Program-made: the position numbers and the translations under genes
Shown: positions 11,046 through 23,453 of the stretch, one piece after another
How positions within the stretch are numbered: position 1 is the first letter of the stretch
Layout of the letters: each line of letters begins with the position of its first letter
Notes under the pieces: model-generated
Seen by the model: the letters and a program-made list of their open reading frames with translations, nothing else
The model's database searches: none
What the model was told of the DNA's origin: nothing
Source of the DNA: Eledone cirrhosa
Taxonomy: Eukaryota
Reading direction: 5' to 3'
Length of the DNA stretch: 64,000 bases
NCBI GenBank assembly: GCA_964016885.1
Contig: OZ024764.1
Span: forward strand, 6,696,001 to 6,760,000

Positions 11046-12388
11046 ACGATATTATGAAGGGAACTAAACCATTTAGCGAGAGTTTCTGTAAAGCTTGTAA
11101 CATTCTACAAACTGACGGCCATTCTTTTTTTCTTGTTTTGGATGGAGTTGAATGCGCAAGCGCAAGATTCACAAACCCAGTGCGCATGTTCCAAGTATCT
11201 TAAGACTGGCCAAGCTACAGTACTCTCTAAAGAACCAGGCCATGTTACAGCACTAGCAGTTAATCTATAATTATGAACATATGCGTAATTCAGTGTTATA
11301 AGACTGGCCATTTGAATTACAGCTGACAGACCTCTATACAGTTCATGGGGTGTGATCGTACCTGGGACTTAATGATGGCGAAATAAACTCACAAGTTAGT
11401 CGATATCGATCTTTACAAACACTGATCGACAGTTAACCAATGATGGACATACAGAGGAAGAAAGTGATCGGAAAACTGAAATGAGTTTACAACTGTTTTA
11501 GTTTTTACGACCAGTATAATTCAGCTGAACATGAGTACCAGTAATAGGTGGGGGATTTAACCCTGTGATGGACTGGTGGCCTGGCCAGGAGGGAGTCTCG
11601 TACTCTCATTCGCTTTACGGGATAAACGACAGACAAGAGAACTTCCACATACTTTGGGGATTTAAGGCAACAAGACAATCGCTGACTAATTAACAATATT
11701 AAATGGTGATTACAGTTTCAGAAAATATTTAGCACTGCTGAAGAATTGAATCAACAATTTACGGTCTTTGGTCTCAATCTTGAAAGAAACATTTAAATCC
11801 ACCGAAATATTTGCTAAAGACAACAGAGCTGCTACAGGGAAAACTAGGAAGAGTTTTAAAACAAAATACATTAAATATATTTCCTGTGAATAAAAAAGAA
11901 ACATGTTGAATTTTATTATTAAATCCCTGCATTTTATTGTTTATTTTCAACATAATTTAGTGAATAAAACACAAACACATAGGTTTTTCATTTTTTATTA
12001 AAATAACAATAGTGCTTAAATAAATATATTCTACATGCCCGCACCATAGATGAAACTTAAGGGTCAGTCTGTCTTGTGGTTCTGGAGCTAGGGAGGATGG
12101 CAAGGGCGACATACGGAAACAGCCACTGCCTCACACTTGTGGGTAGCTAACTCCGCCCCGATAGCCTTGCAAAGGGGGATTTGGTCAGGTGGGGGCCAAG
12201 AACACTGGAAGTCTCCACTGCCAAAATCTCAAGAACAAACATATCAAAGGGTGGCCGATACTTTGACATGACGAGCAGCAAAGCCTGGGCTGGTCACTGA
12301 GCACACAATGTTGTCACTTGAGAAAATGTCATCCTTCCTAACCGAAGGGGCCTACCCTTACGGAGCGGGAAGGTTGTCATGCCATTAA

Positions 12389-13468
12389 TTGCACGGGACA
12401 AGGTATTATGGAACGCGGGCCGCCGACAGACCTAATCGGGGGAAAATTGCATGCCTGGACAATATTTAAAGAAAATAAACCGAATACTCTGATGGCAGGA
12501 TAATCTTTAATATTTTCTCGATGAAGCAGGAAAAATGCAGGTTTTCACCTAATGTGGGCCCTAGGGGATCACGAAAATTAATTTTTTTTTATGTGCATAA
12601 TATGCCTTGAAATTTCGGGACAATCGGCTAGACGTGATGCCTCAAAAAAGCTGAAAAAATGAAGTTTTTCACCTAATGCGGGCCCTAGAGGATAAAAAAG
12701 TTGAATTTTGTTATGTGCTCCCTGAGTAACATTTGTTCTCGTAAAGGCACGTAAGTAAGCAACACTGTGCAAACTGAAGCTATTATAGCGATGTTTTTCT
12801 TTACCGGCTTTAATTTTTAGTGTTGTGTGAAATATATAACCTGCAAACCTGATTTTTGAATCGCAGCAGGATCGACTTTATTTCACTCACTCCACTAGAA
12901 GTTGTATTTTCTTTGCTCACGGTATGAAGAAGAGACTGACTGATACATAGTTACCGGCTTTCATTTTTAGTGTTGTGTGAAATATATAACCGCCTTAGCT
13001 AAGCTTAGTATTGCAACAACCACGGCTGGCAAAGAAGTAAGGGTCTGGTGGTACGTAAGTAATCAACACTGTTGCTTCAAACGTGAGGAAGAAGTTGTGT
13101 GCACTTACGAACTGTTTGGGGAATAAGTGTGATTTGAATTGAGTAAGGGTGGCTGAATAACCGGAGGCGGCAGATATTATAAGGGCGCGTTCTGGACGCA
13201 GACGGAATTGTGGGAAGTGACGTAATGCAGACAGCCAGATATTATAAGGGCACGACGTTATATGTATGTATCTATCTAAAATGAGAAAGACTAAAAATTA
13301 TAGAGAGATCGCCTAATCCGGTCCCTAGGGCATTGAAAATTCTTTTGCTCAGAACACTCCCTGAAACGTAAGTATTACATGTATAAAGTTTGAAAACAGT
13401 TGGTTGGGTGCTTCTCGAGTTTTAGAGATTCAAACTCACACACACAGAGACATCCTCAGTTTTATACA
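12389..13468 (-). mobile_element. Non-autonomous Helitron copy with both termini trimmed by deletion
   Basis: Homologous to 31671-32668 and 52666-53467 but starts at TTGCACGGG (CTAG end lost). Confidence 0.75.
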
Positions 13469-13954
13469 TAGGTTTTTCATTTTTTATTAAAATAACAATA
13501 GTGCTTAAATAAATATATTCTACATGCCCGCACCATAGATGAAACTTGGGGGTCAGTCTGTCTTGTGGTTCTGGAGCTAGGGAGGATGGCAAGGGTGACA
13601 TACTGAAACAGCCACTGCACCTCACGGGGCTCACACTTGTGGGTAGCTAACTCCACTCCAATAGTCTTGCAAAGGGGGATTTGGTCAAGCGGTGGGGACA
13701 AGAACACTGGAAGTCTCCACTGCCAAAATCTCAATAACAAACATATCAAAGGGTGGCCGATACTTTGACATGACGAGCAGCAAAGCCTGGGCTGGTCACT
13801 GATCACACAATGTTGTCACTTGAGAAAATGTCACAACGTATGACATACTTCCTAAACGAAGGGCCTACCCTTACGGAGCGGGAAGGTTGTCATGCCGTTA
13901 ATCGATATGTTAACAGCTATGATTACGAGAAGGAGAGAGAAAGTTCTTTAAAAA

Positions 13955-14160
13955 GTAGGTTTCCCTGTCACAGTCCTCACCCCACAGGCTGGAGGGAGAG
14001 GGTTGGTAGAAATATCTGCCTACAATCTCATGAAATATCTCTGAGTAACTGGGTGGAACAGGACCAAAGTACTAAAGACTATAGCAGAGGAGGTGGAGAG
14101 GAGTTCCAGCTGGATCTGGTAGAGGAAGAACAACAAAGGTGATCTCCACCCAGATTAAGT
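13955..14160 (+). mobile_element. Degenerate HERO-type RLE retrotransposon 3' end (paralogues at ~10245, 21942, 28810, 33203, 41608, 48794; truncated at 53997)
   Basis: A frame not in the ORF track reads FPVTVLTPQAGGRGLVEISAYNLMKYL*VTGWNRTKVLKTIAEEVERSSSWIW*RK, matching the RLE C-terminal pattern (GxRGF...LxITG...AExSSxWIW). Confidence 0.7.
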
Positions 14161-15284
14161 GACCTACACACAACAGGTTAACAATAGTCAGGTGGTTTTA
14201 TTATTAAATTCAGTCATGGCTGTGTATTGGCAGTATCGGTAGAGCGTCGGACAATATGCTTTACGGCAGAGTTACGGCCTTTTACAGTCTGAATTCAAAT
14301 CTCGCCGAGGTTAGCTTTGCCTTTCATCCTTATGTAGTCGATAAATAAAGTACCAGTAATGTACTGAGATCGATAAATAAAGTATCAGTAATGTACTGGA
14401 GTCAATAAATAAAGTACCAGTAATGTACTAGAGGTTGATTTAATCAACGTCCCCCACACCCCAAATTATTAGCCTTGTGTCTAAAGTGGAAATCATTAAA
14501 TTATTCAATATTTCCATTATTTTCCAATATTGAGGCACATGGGTTGTGTATTCCATTAGAAATACGGTACCCCGGGGGTGGGGGAGGGGGTCTGAGAAAA
14601 AAAGGCTGTTCAAATGATTGAAGATATCTAAAGTCTGTCCCAAACTCGGGGACTCATCATGCCGGTCCTTACCCCGGTTTACATGGCATGAAACACCTAA
14701 GAATATAAGACCACCCCCTGGACAGGGCGCTAGTCCATTGCAGGGGTAAACCCCCACCTACAGTTGAGTATACTGGAGCATCGTCAAATAAAATGTTTTC
14801 TCAAGAACACAACACACAACCCAGTCCAGGAATTGAACCCACCTACCTTTAATGACGATATTATGAAGGGAACTAAAAACAAACTGTTTACCCAGAATAC
14901 ATCAACAGAAACTAAGATTCCACGTTATAATGGCCTGACCCACTTGGTTATTTAAGACTAGTTTATATATATATAAAGAGAGAGAGAAAGATGTTATTGT
15001 ATGTGGAGGGGTAGTGTTGGTGAGAAACCAACCAGACTGCAGACCCTTCTGTTAAAACACCTGGCAAACCTCATATGTAACGCACCCCCGTAGAACGAAC
15101 ATACCGAGGGTTAAAGTGCTTTAAAAACTGAAATTAATTTACAACGCTTTTAATATTTAGCAACAATTATCTAACACAAATTTATATATATACATATACA
15201 CACGCACACATCTATATGTATATATAGATATCCATAAAACAACTCTTGGACCCGCTGGAAGATGTGTTTGAGGAGACAGAAGAC

Positions 15285-15540
15285 TGAGGTGCTGAAACAA
15301 CCACGCACCTCACCAGTTACCTCTATTAGGCGAGGCTGAGGTGCTGGAACAAGCAAGCACCTCGCCAGTTACCTCTATTAGGGGAGGCTGAGGTGCTGGA
15401 ACAACCAAGCACCTCACCAGTTACCTCTATTAGGCGAGGCTGAGGTGCTGGAACAACCAAGCACCTCACCAGTTACCTCTATTAGGCGAGGCTGAGGTGC
15501 TGGAACAACCAAGCACCTCACCAGTTACCTCTATTAGGGG
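15285..15540. repeat. 52-bp double-hairpin VNTR, 5 units
   Basis: Unit TGAGGTGCTGGAACAACCAAGCACCTCACCAGTTACCTCTATTAGGCGAGGC. Confidence 0.95.
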
Positions 15541-16379
15541 AGCCGCCAGTGCAGAGGAAACTCGCAGTCAGCGACCCGACTCCACCAAAACTCTCAAAAG
15601 CTACAAAGCTGGGAATAACATTTTAATATTACACAATACTAATAAATGAACATATTACAGTACCTTAGTTTCACTGTTACCTGCAGCAATGTCGTCAATG
15701 TTTTGGCTTGCCATTAAAAATATTTAGACATTGTTAATATAAAAAATAAGGTTTTATGTTCCGCCAAACTCAAATTTCCCGGTCATCGTTACAACACGTG
15801 CTACCTTGCAAAGTTAGCCACACATTCTCAGTCACGTTTTCGTATTTTCGCAGTGAAAATTTTTAATTAGTTTCTTTAATGTGGAATAAAGTTTATTAAA
15901 CAAATTTCTATTTAATTATATAATTTAATTACTTAATAAAATTAAGTAACGAAATTGAGGAAGCAGCCAATCCTAGATAGTGGTGGCCATAACTGGACCC
16001 CGAAACCAAAGGTTGCGCATACATGATAAGTGTATGAAATTTAAAATATACTATATATATATATATATAGTATATTTTATATATATATAGTATATTTTAT
16101 ATATATATAGTATATTGAGGCAAGTCTGGTTGTCTCACTCGTATAGGACTATATTGTATTTCTACAGCTGGATGCCCTTCCTAACACCAACCACGTTTAC
16201 AGTGTGGACTGGGAGGTTTTTACCGTGTTAACTACACGGCCACATTACAGCGTGGACTGTGTTCTTTTTGTCGTGACACCTACACGACCTCATTTGTTTC
16301 GGACTGGATGTTGTGGTACCAACATAGCTTTACATCAAAAGTGGTGGTGTGTATGGGGTGGGGGTGTATTTTTGTTAGA

Positions 16380-19300
16380 GGTGCCTACTGACTGTAGTAG
16401 GTTTCACTTTGTACATAGGCAAGGGGGGGTCTTCTGTATTACTGTGTAGCACGAAAGATCTCGGTCCAGTGACACTGTCTTGGAGAGGTGTAAGTGTGTG
16501 AGGTCGGAATTTATCAAGTCGTCCCAGGTTTTTCTGGGTCTGCCTACTCCGTGGCTACTGTCTACTTTTATTGCCCTGCACTTTTTTATACAGCTGTCGT
16601 CTTTCATGCGCATCACGTGACCGTACCAATGTAGTCTTCTCTCAAATAAATAACATCTGATCCCTCTTATTTCTAATTTTTCCCTTAGTTCGTTTATGCT
16701 TTGCCGTTCACGTATATTACTATTACACATCCAACGGAGCATGCAAGCTTCGTTCCTCTCCAGTTTGTATATATCCTCTGCACACAATGCCCAGGTCTCA
16801 CTGCCATGTAACATTGCTGTTCGTATGCAGGCATCATACAGCCTGCCTTTCATTTTTAGAGAGAACCCTTTAGCGGCTAATAGTGGTATAAGCTCTCTGA
16901 ACTTTTTCATTCCAATTCTGACTCTAGCTACTGTACTTTCAGAGCACCCTCCACCACTGCTGATTTTCTCACCCAAGTAACGGAAGCTGTCCACTATTTC
17001 TATAGAACCATCTGTGCAATGGAATGAGCTAGTATTCTGTGGGCCTTTGCTGCTACTTATTATACCAGCGCACCGGCCACATATAAATATCTATATTCTT
17101 AGTAAGCTTACCTGTGATCCCACTACATATTTTATGCACCCATACTTTGCATTTGGGACATAAAAAGGAGTTTCTGTCTATTCCTTTCCTACACACTAAG
17201 CAGGGCCATTTCCCGGTTGGGACCGGTGCCCTATTTTTCTTCATACAAACTAAAACTTTAGTCTTAGACAGGTTAATTTTAAGGCCTTTTGATTCTAGGC
17301 CATGGAATTTCTTCTCTAGTTCAGCTATGATCGTTAGATCATCTGCGTATACGAGTTCCCATGGACAGCCGGTCTTGAACTCCACTGTTATAGCCTGAAG
17401 GGCAATAAAAAATAGTAGGGGGCTAAGAACGGAGCCCCGTTGAACACCAACTTTTACGCTAAACTCTTCACTATATTCGTTGTTAATTCTAACCTTACTG
17501 ACTGTTTCTTTATACATGGCTTGTATAGCTCTCACAAGCCAGTCATCAACACCTAGTTTTCTAAGAGCCCACCAGATAATGGAATGGGGGACTCTGTCAA
17601 AGGCTTTCTCCAAGTCGACAAAAGCTAAGTATAGGGGTTTACTTTTAGCTAGGTACTTCTCCTGTAGTTGTCGTACAATGAAAAGAGCGTCTGTGGTACT
17701 TTTAGCTGACACAAACCCAAACTGCATTTCATCTAGATCAATTCGACCTGGTCGATTAATTTAATGCCTCTATAGTTACTCCTATCTAGGGCATCTCCTT
17801 TACCCTTGTAGGAGTTAATGATGATGCTGCTACGCCAGTCCTTCGGAACAGCCCCATTCTGTATGACTTGGTTTACTATCCGGGTGACCATGGTGTGTCC
17901 CACCGTACCAGAAGCTTTCAGCATTTCAGCAACTATTTCTGAAGGCCCAGCCGCCTTACCCGTCTGCATATCTTTGATTGCCTTACTTATTATACTACCT
18001 TCAACTAACACTGCTGGTCCCTCTATTGGATCGATGTGCGGGAGACTGTCTTTCTCCCATTTAGCAGCCTTTCGTAGTGACACTTCCAAGCTACCTTCTT
18101 ATCAGCGTCAGTGATGGCAAGTACACTATCATCATTAAGGACATACTTCTCCCCGACAATATCACGGTTTTCCTTGACACATTGCCTAACAATCCTGAAC
18201 ACCTCACGTTTTTGGTCCTCGCATTATAGAACATGCTTGAACTTTCTTTCATCTGCTTCCCTTCTTGCAAAGTACACTTGTCTCCTAGCCACTTGATAGT
18301 CTTCTCTACTTCCCCCATACTTTCCAAGCCTGCTTTTTGGCCTTAATTGACTCATCCACCTTACTGTTCCACCACCACGTTACTCTCCTCCTGCTTATAG
18401 GCCTGCTCCAGCCACAGACATCATCTGCCACCATCAGCAGGTTTGCTTTCAGGAATTCTCACTGTTCCTCTACCTTGTACGACACTAATTGCTCTTCCTT
18501 ACTGTCGAAAGCATCAAGTAATATGCTTTTAAATTTATTACTGGCTGTTGGGTCCTTTAGCTTCCATATTTTTCTCCTGAGGATAGTCCTCTTCTGTTGT
18601 CGAGTACGTCTCGTCCTGACTATGAGGTCGCTAATTATGAGTCTATGTTGAGAGGTGCATTCTTCATGGGGGAGGGATTTAGTGTTTACAACAGACACTC
18701 TGTCACGTCTTCTGGTAAGGATATAATCTACCTGGCTGGCGTGTTCCCCTGATCTGTAGGTGATCAAGTGATTGTCTCGTTTTTTGAAGTTAGTGTCGCA
18801 GATAACTTTCTTTTTATTTGCCACCAGGGCATCAAAAAGTGGGACAAGTACAATGGGGGGAGTTTACATAAAAAGGCGTCCTCAATAAGGAGGAGGCAAG
18901 AACAAGATATAAAAATAAAATGTAACAAAATCCTCAATAGGGAGGAGGGGCCTTGGGGGGTCGCACACACCCCCGAAAAAAAGTGTGCAACCCTTTTCCT
19001 CATGAGCACAGAGAGGGGGTGCTCCCTTGATCTTTCATCTTCTTCACCTATAGTCTGATGGAGAGTGAAGGCTCATTCACACGGGCCATTCTCGCCACTT
19101 TCACCCATCTTTCGTAAAAACGGCTGGGGTGCAGCACCTCTCTCTCCGTCCTGATCCTTCTTCCGAAATGATATCGGAAGAAACGGACCAGTTGTTGGCC
19201 AGAGAGAAAGGTGTCTGACCTCAGTCCTTTCAGACGCGTCCACCATACAACCTCTTTCGCCATGGCTATTACGCACAGAAACACCGCCTCTCCTTCGTTT

Positions 19301-20885
19301 TTGAAGAGAGGAGGCGGCTTGATCGTTACAATAGACTCGGCGGTCAACCGGATCGGTCCCACCCTTGACAGCAGTTGTTCGACATAGCCCCACAGATCGG
19401 CAATGCCCGAGCAGTGTACCAATGCGTGTGCAACGGTTTACTCGTCGCACACGCATCTGGGACAGATCTTTTTCGAGGGGTTCCTACCCGGGCGCCCGTG
19501 TTTGTAGAGCCATTCTCGAACGGGCAGAGCCCATCGGTAGCACTGCCAGGCCAGGGACCTCTGGAAGTTATCCATGGGTCCCGGGCTGAATGTCCTACCG
19601 AACAGGTTGGCCAGTTCGTCTTCCTCCATGCCTAGGGCTTCTCCAAGGGCGTCGTCGCACCTGCTAACCACCAGCCCTCTATAGAATGACGAGGTGGATT
19701 CTACACTGACAGCCGGGTCCGCCTGGGCACACTCGGTGTGCCAGGCGCCCAGTTTTCTCGGTCTTTGCTTGACCCAGGATTGCAGCTCGATGAGTGAGAC
19801 GAGTCTGGGAAAGGTTCGTCTCACAAACGAGGCCCACACCGGGTGACCGGTGAGGAATACGTGGAGGTGCCGTAGCCTTAATGCGTGTTTACGCATCACT
19901 AGCCACGGCATCCCCAGCCCTCCTTTCGAAGGGTGTTGACAGCAGATAGATCTCCTCACCAAAGGAGCCCGCCTCTTCCAAAGGAATGGGAAAAGCGCGT
20001 GCTCCATCTTGGCGAGGGTTTCCCTTGGGCAAGGCACGACGGTCAGGCGGTAGTAGATGACGGACGCTATATAGGTGTTCGCCACCTACACCCGACCTCT
20101 CAGGGTTAGTTTGCAACTGCTCCACTTCTGGGTCAGTGCAAACACCCTGTTCGTAACCTCCGCCCAGTTCTTCTCCACCTGGAGGTCTGGTCCGAACCAG
20201 ACCCCGAGCAACTTCGTCGGGCGCTGGATGGAGGGCCCGACGACGCCATCGGAGAGCATCGATCTGCCCCGCCACGTGCCGAGTTGCAGACCGATCGACT
20301 TGTCCCGGTTCAGCTTAGCCCCTGTAAACCTTTCGTACTCCTCCAGTAAGGTGCCGATCGCCTCGATTTCGGAGGCCGTCGACACCATTACTGTTACGTC
20401 ATCGGCATAGGCTGACACTGCTTTCCGCAATCCCGGTTCCAACGGGATGCCCTGCAACAACTCCGACTTCCGCAGCAGTGGCTCTGGAGTCAATACATAC
20501 AGAAGGGAGGAGAGAGGGCACCCTTGTCGGATGGACCGCGCGATTTCTAACGGCTCCGAAAGGTAGCCGTTCACCTTGACCCTAGAGCAGATGCGGCTGC
20601 TGTGCATGGCATTGATCCAGCCCCTAAAAACGGGTCCGAAGCCTGCCGCCGCTAGCACCGCATCCAGGTAACCATGGTCGCCAGCAATAATTATGTAGTC
20701 ACTGTCGGTTATTTGGGAGGTAGTGAGCATCAATGTCTCATAGAACCTGTCTTTTATAACGCCAGACAGTCTGGATTGGGGTGCCAACGCAGATATTACT
20801 GCCACAGTAGTTCTATTTAGAACAAGTCGTATTTTAATTATTCTGTCGTTCACTCTATTTACGTCTATTATCTTATCCACCCATT
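16380..20885 (-). mobile_element. 5'-truncated, disrupted RTE-clade LINE (variant A), interrupted by a Tx1/L1 element
   Basis: APE fragments (VNDRII..SxYAPQ..IAGD, SQVDYIL), RT (QFGF, FVDLEKAFDRVP, YADD), Cys-rich PHD-like insert, C-terminus RRLHWYGHV...GRPRKTW. Multiple frameshifts. Confidence 0.92.
18805..20675 (-). mobile_element. 5'-truncated L1/Tx1-clade LINE nested in the RTE
   Basis: RQGCPLSSLLY, AYADDVT, KGGLG, CPRC...H...C knuckle; GC-rich; AATAAA and A-rich tail at ~18806-18820. Confidence 0.9.
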
Positions 20886-20900
20886 ATATATATATAGAGA

Positions 20901-21478
20901 GTTAACCTTGGTCTTCTTCTAGTGTGTCCATGTAGGGGCTCCCACAGCAGCACTGAGTGCAGTGTCAACTTTGGATGTCGGTGACCATGTCCAGCTAATC
21001 TCAGTCTCCCCTGTGTCACTTTTGAGCTGACTTTTGGGAGGCTCCCATACAGCTCTGAGTTCTTCATCCTCAGCATTCTCGTGTAGCACCCATCCACGTA
21101 TGTTGATGCCCTAAGGACAGACACTGGTCTCTTGGAGACGCAGGACATGGCAGCGATAATGAGGGACAGAGACTGCTGGAGAGAACTCGTCCATGGATGT
21201 CGGGAATTTTACCCGCCCTAAATATATAGAGTCTGTGCTGCTGTACGGGTCTGAGACTTGGACACTGACCAAGAAACTCACTCAGATGGTGGATGGGTGC
21301 TACACGAGAATACTGAGGATGGCTCTGAACATTAATCAGTATACACTTAGGATGAAGAACTCAGAGCTGTACGGGCTCCTCCCAAAAGTAAGCTCAAATG
21401 TGACACAGAGGAGACTGTATTGACACATTGGAAGAGAAAGACCAAGGATGATATATATTGATGTCCTAAGGACAGACA
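20901..21478. mobile_element. Rearranged RTE-like 3' fragments: inverted part + sense 3' end + second sense copy (paralogues at 27788, 40573, 47773, 56288)
   Basis: Minus 20901-21097 VDGCYTRML...RLRLAGH...RPRLT; plus 21099-21221 YVDALRTDTG...; plus 21229-21478 ESVLLYGSETWTLTK. Confidence 0.85.
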
Positions 21479-22324
21479 ATATTAAATACAAGGGAACTAT
21501 ATTTATTCTATTATATATATTTCAAGGGTTCCAAAACTTTGCTACACTTTCATCCGTTTTGCTCATATAGTATGTATATATATATATGCACCTCACGGGG
21601 CTCACACTTGTGGGTAGCTAACTCCGCTCCGATAGCCTTGCAAGGGGGATTTGGTCAGACGGGGGCCAAGAACACAGGAAGTCTCCACTGACAAAATCTC
21701 AATAACAAACATATCAAAGAGTGGCCGATACTTTGACATGACGAGCAGCAAAGCCTGGGCTGGTCACTGAGTACACAATGTTGTCACTTGAGAAAATGTC
21801 ACAACGTATGACATCCTTCCTAAACGAAGGGCCTACCCTTACGGAGCGGGAAGGTTGTCATGCCGTTAATCGATATCGATATGTTAACAGCTATGATTAC
21901 GAGAATGACAGACATACAGGAGAGAGAAAGTTCTTTAAAAAGTAGGTTTCCCTGTCACAGTCCTCACCCCACAGGCTGGAGGGAGAGGGTTGGTAGAAAT
22001 ATCTGCCTACAATCTCATGAAATATCTCTGAGTAACTGGGTGGAACAGGACCAAAGTACTAAAGACTATAGCAGAGGAGGTGGAGAGGAGTTCCAGCTAG
22101 ATCTGGTAGAGGAAGAACAACAAAGGTGATCTCCATCCAGATTAAGTGACCTACACACAACAGGTTAACGATAGTCAGGTGGTTTTATTATTAAATTCAG
22201 TCATGGCTGTGTATTGGCAGTATCGGTAGAGCGTCGGACAATATGCTTTACGGCAGAGTTACGGCCATTTACAGTCTGAATTCAAATCTCGCCGAGGTTA
22301 GCTTTGCCTTTCATCCTTATGTAG

Positions 22325-22610
22325 TCGATAAATAAAGTACCAGTAATGTACTGAGATCGATAAATAAAGTATCAGTAATGTACTGGGGTCAATAAATAAA
22401 GTACCAGTAATGTACTGAGATCGATAAATAAAGTACCAGTAATGTACTGAGATCGATAAATAAAGTACCAGTAATGTACTGAGATCGATAAATAAAGTAC
22501 CAGTAATGTACTGGGTCAATAAATAAAGTACCAGTAATGTACTGAGATCGATAAATAAAGTATCAGTAATGTACTGGGGTCAATAAATAAAGTACCAGTA
22601 ATGTACGGGA
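22325..22610. repeat. 32-bp VNTR expanded inside a SINE (~9 units)
   Basis: Tandem TCGATAAATAAAGTACCAGTAATGTACTGAGA; only ~2-4 units in the paralogous SINEs. Confidence 0.9.
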
Positions 22611-23453
22611 GGTTGATTTAATCAACGTCCCCCACACCCCAAATTATTAGCCTTGTGTCTAAAGTGGAAATCATTAAATTATTCAATATTTCCATTATTT
22701 TCCAATATTGAGGCACATGGGTTGTGTATTCCATTAGAAATACGGTACCCCGGGGGGGGGGGGGGGGGTCTGTGAAAAAAAAGGCTGTTCAAATGGTTGA
22801 TGATATCTAAAGTCTGTCCCAAGCTCGGGGACTCATCACGCCGGTCCTTACCCCGGTTTGCATGGCATGAAACACCTAAGAATATAAGACCACCCCCTGG
22901 ACAGGGCGCTAGTCCATGGAAGGAGTAAACCCCCACCTACAGTTGAGTATACTGGAGCATCGTGAAATAAAATCTTTTCTCAACACAACACACGACCCAG
23001 TCCAGGAATTGAACCCACCTACCTCTAATGACGATATTATGAAAGGAACTAAAAACAAACTGTTTACCCAGAATACATCAACATAAACTAAGATTCCACG
23101 TTATAATGGCCTGACCCACCTGGTTATTTAAGACTAGTTTATATATATATATATAGAGAGAGAGAGATGTTATTGTATGTGGAGGGGTAGTGTTCTTGAA
23201 CAACCAACCAGACTGCAGACCCTTCTGTTAAAACACCTGACAAACCTCATATGTAACGCACCCCCGTACAACGAACATACCGAGGGTTAAAGTGCTTTAA
23301 AAACTGAAATTAATTTACAACGCTTTTAAATAAGATTTAGCAAAAATTATCTAAGACAAATTTATATATATACATATACATCTATATGTATATACAGATA
23401 TCCATAAAACAACTCTTGGACCCGCTGAAGAAGTGTTTGAGGAGACAGAAGAC

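Noticed and set aside
16696-18651. Plus-strand ORFs overlapping the RTE
   Set aside because: They are antisense shadows of LINE coding sequence.
21605-21670. Twister ribozyme at GCTAACTCCGC...GGCGGGGGC
   Set aside because: It lacks the conserved L4 (CCAAGCCC-like) and pseudoknot partners.
21860-22129. Recurrent 87-110-aa ORF (MPLID...EEEQQR) as a host gene family
   Set aside because: It is an alternative frame over a decayed HERO-type RLE C-terminus; recurrence reflects recent duplication.
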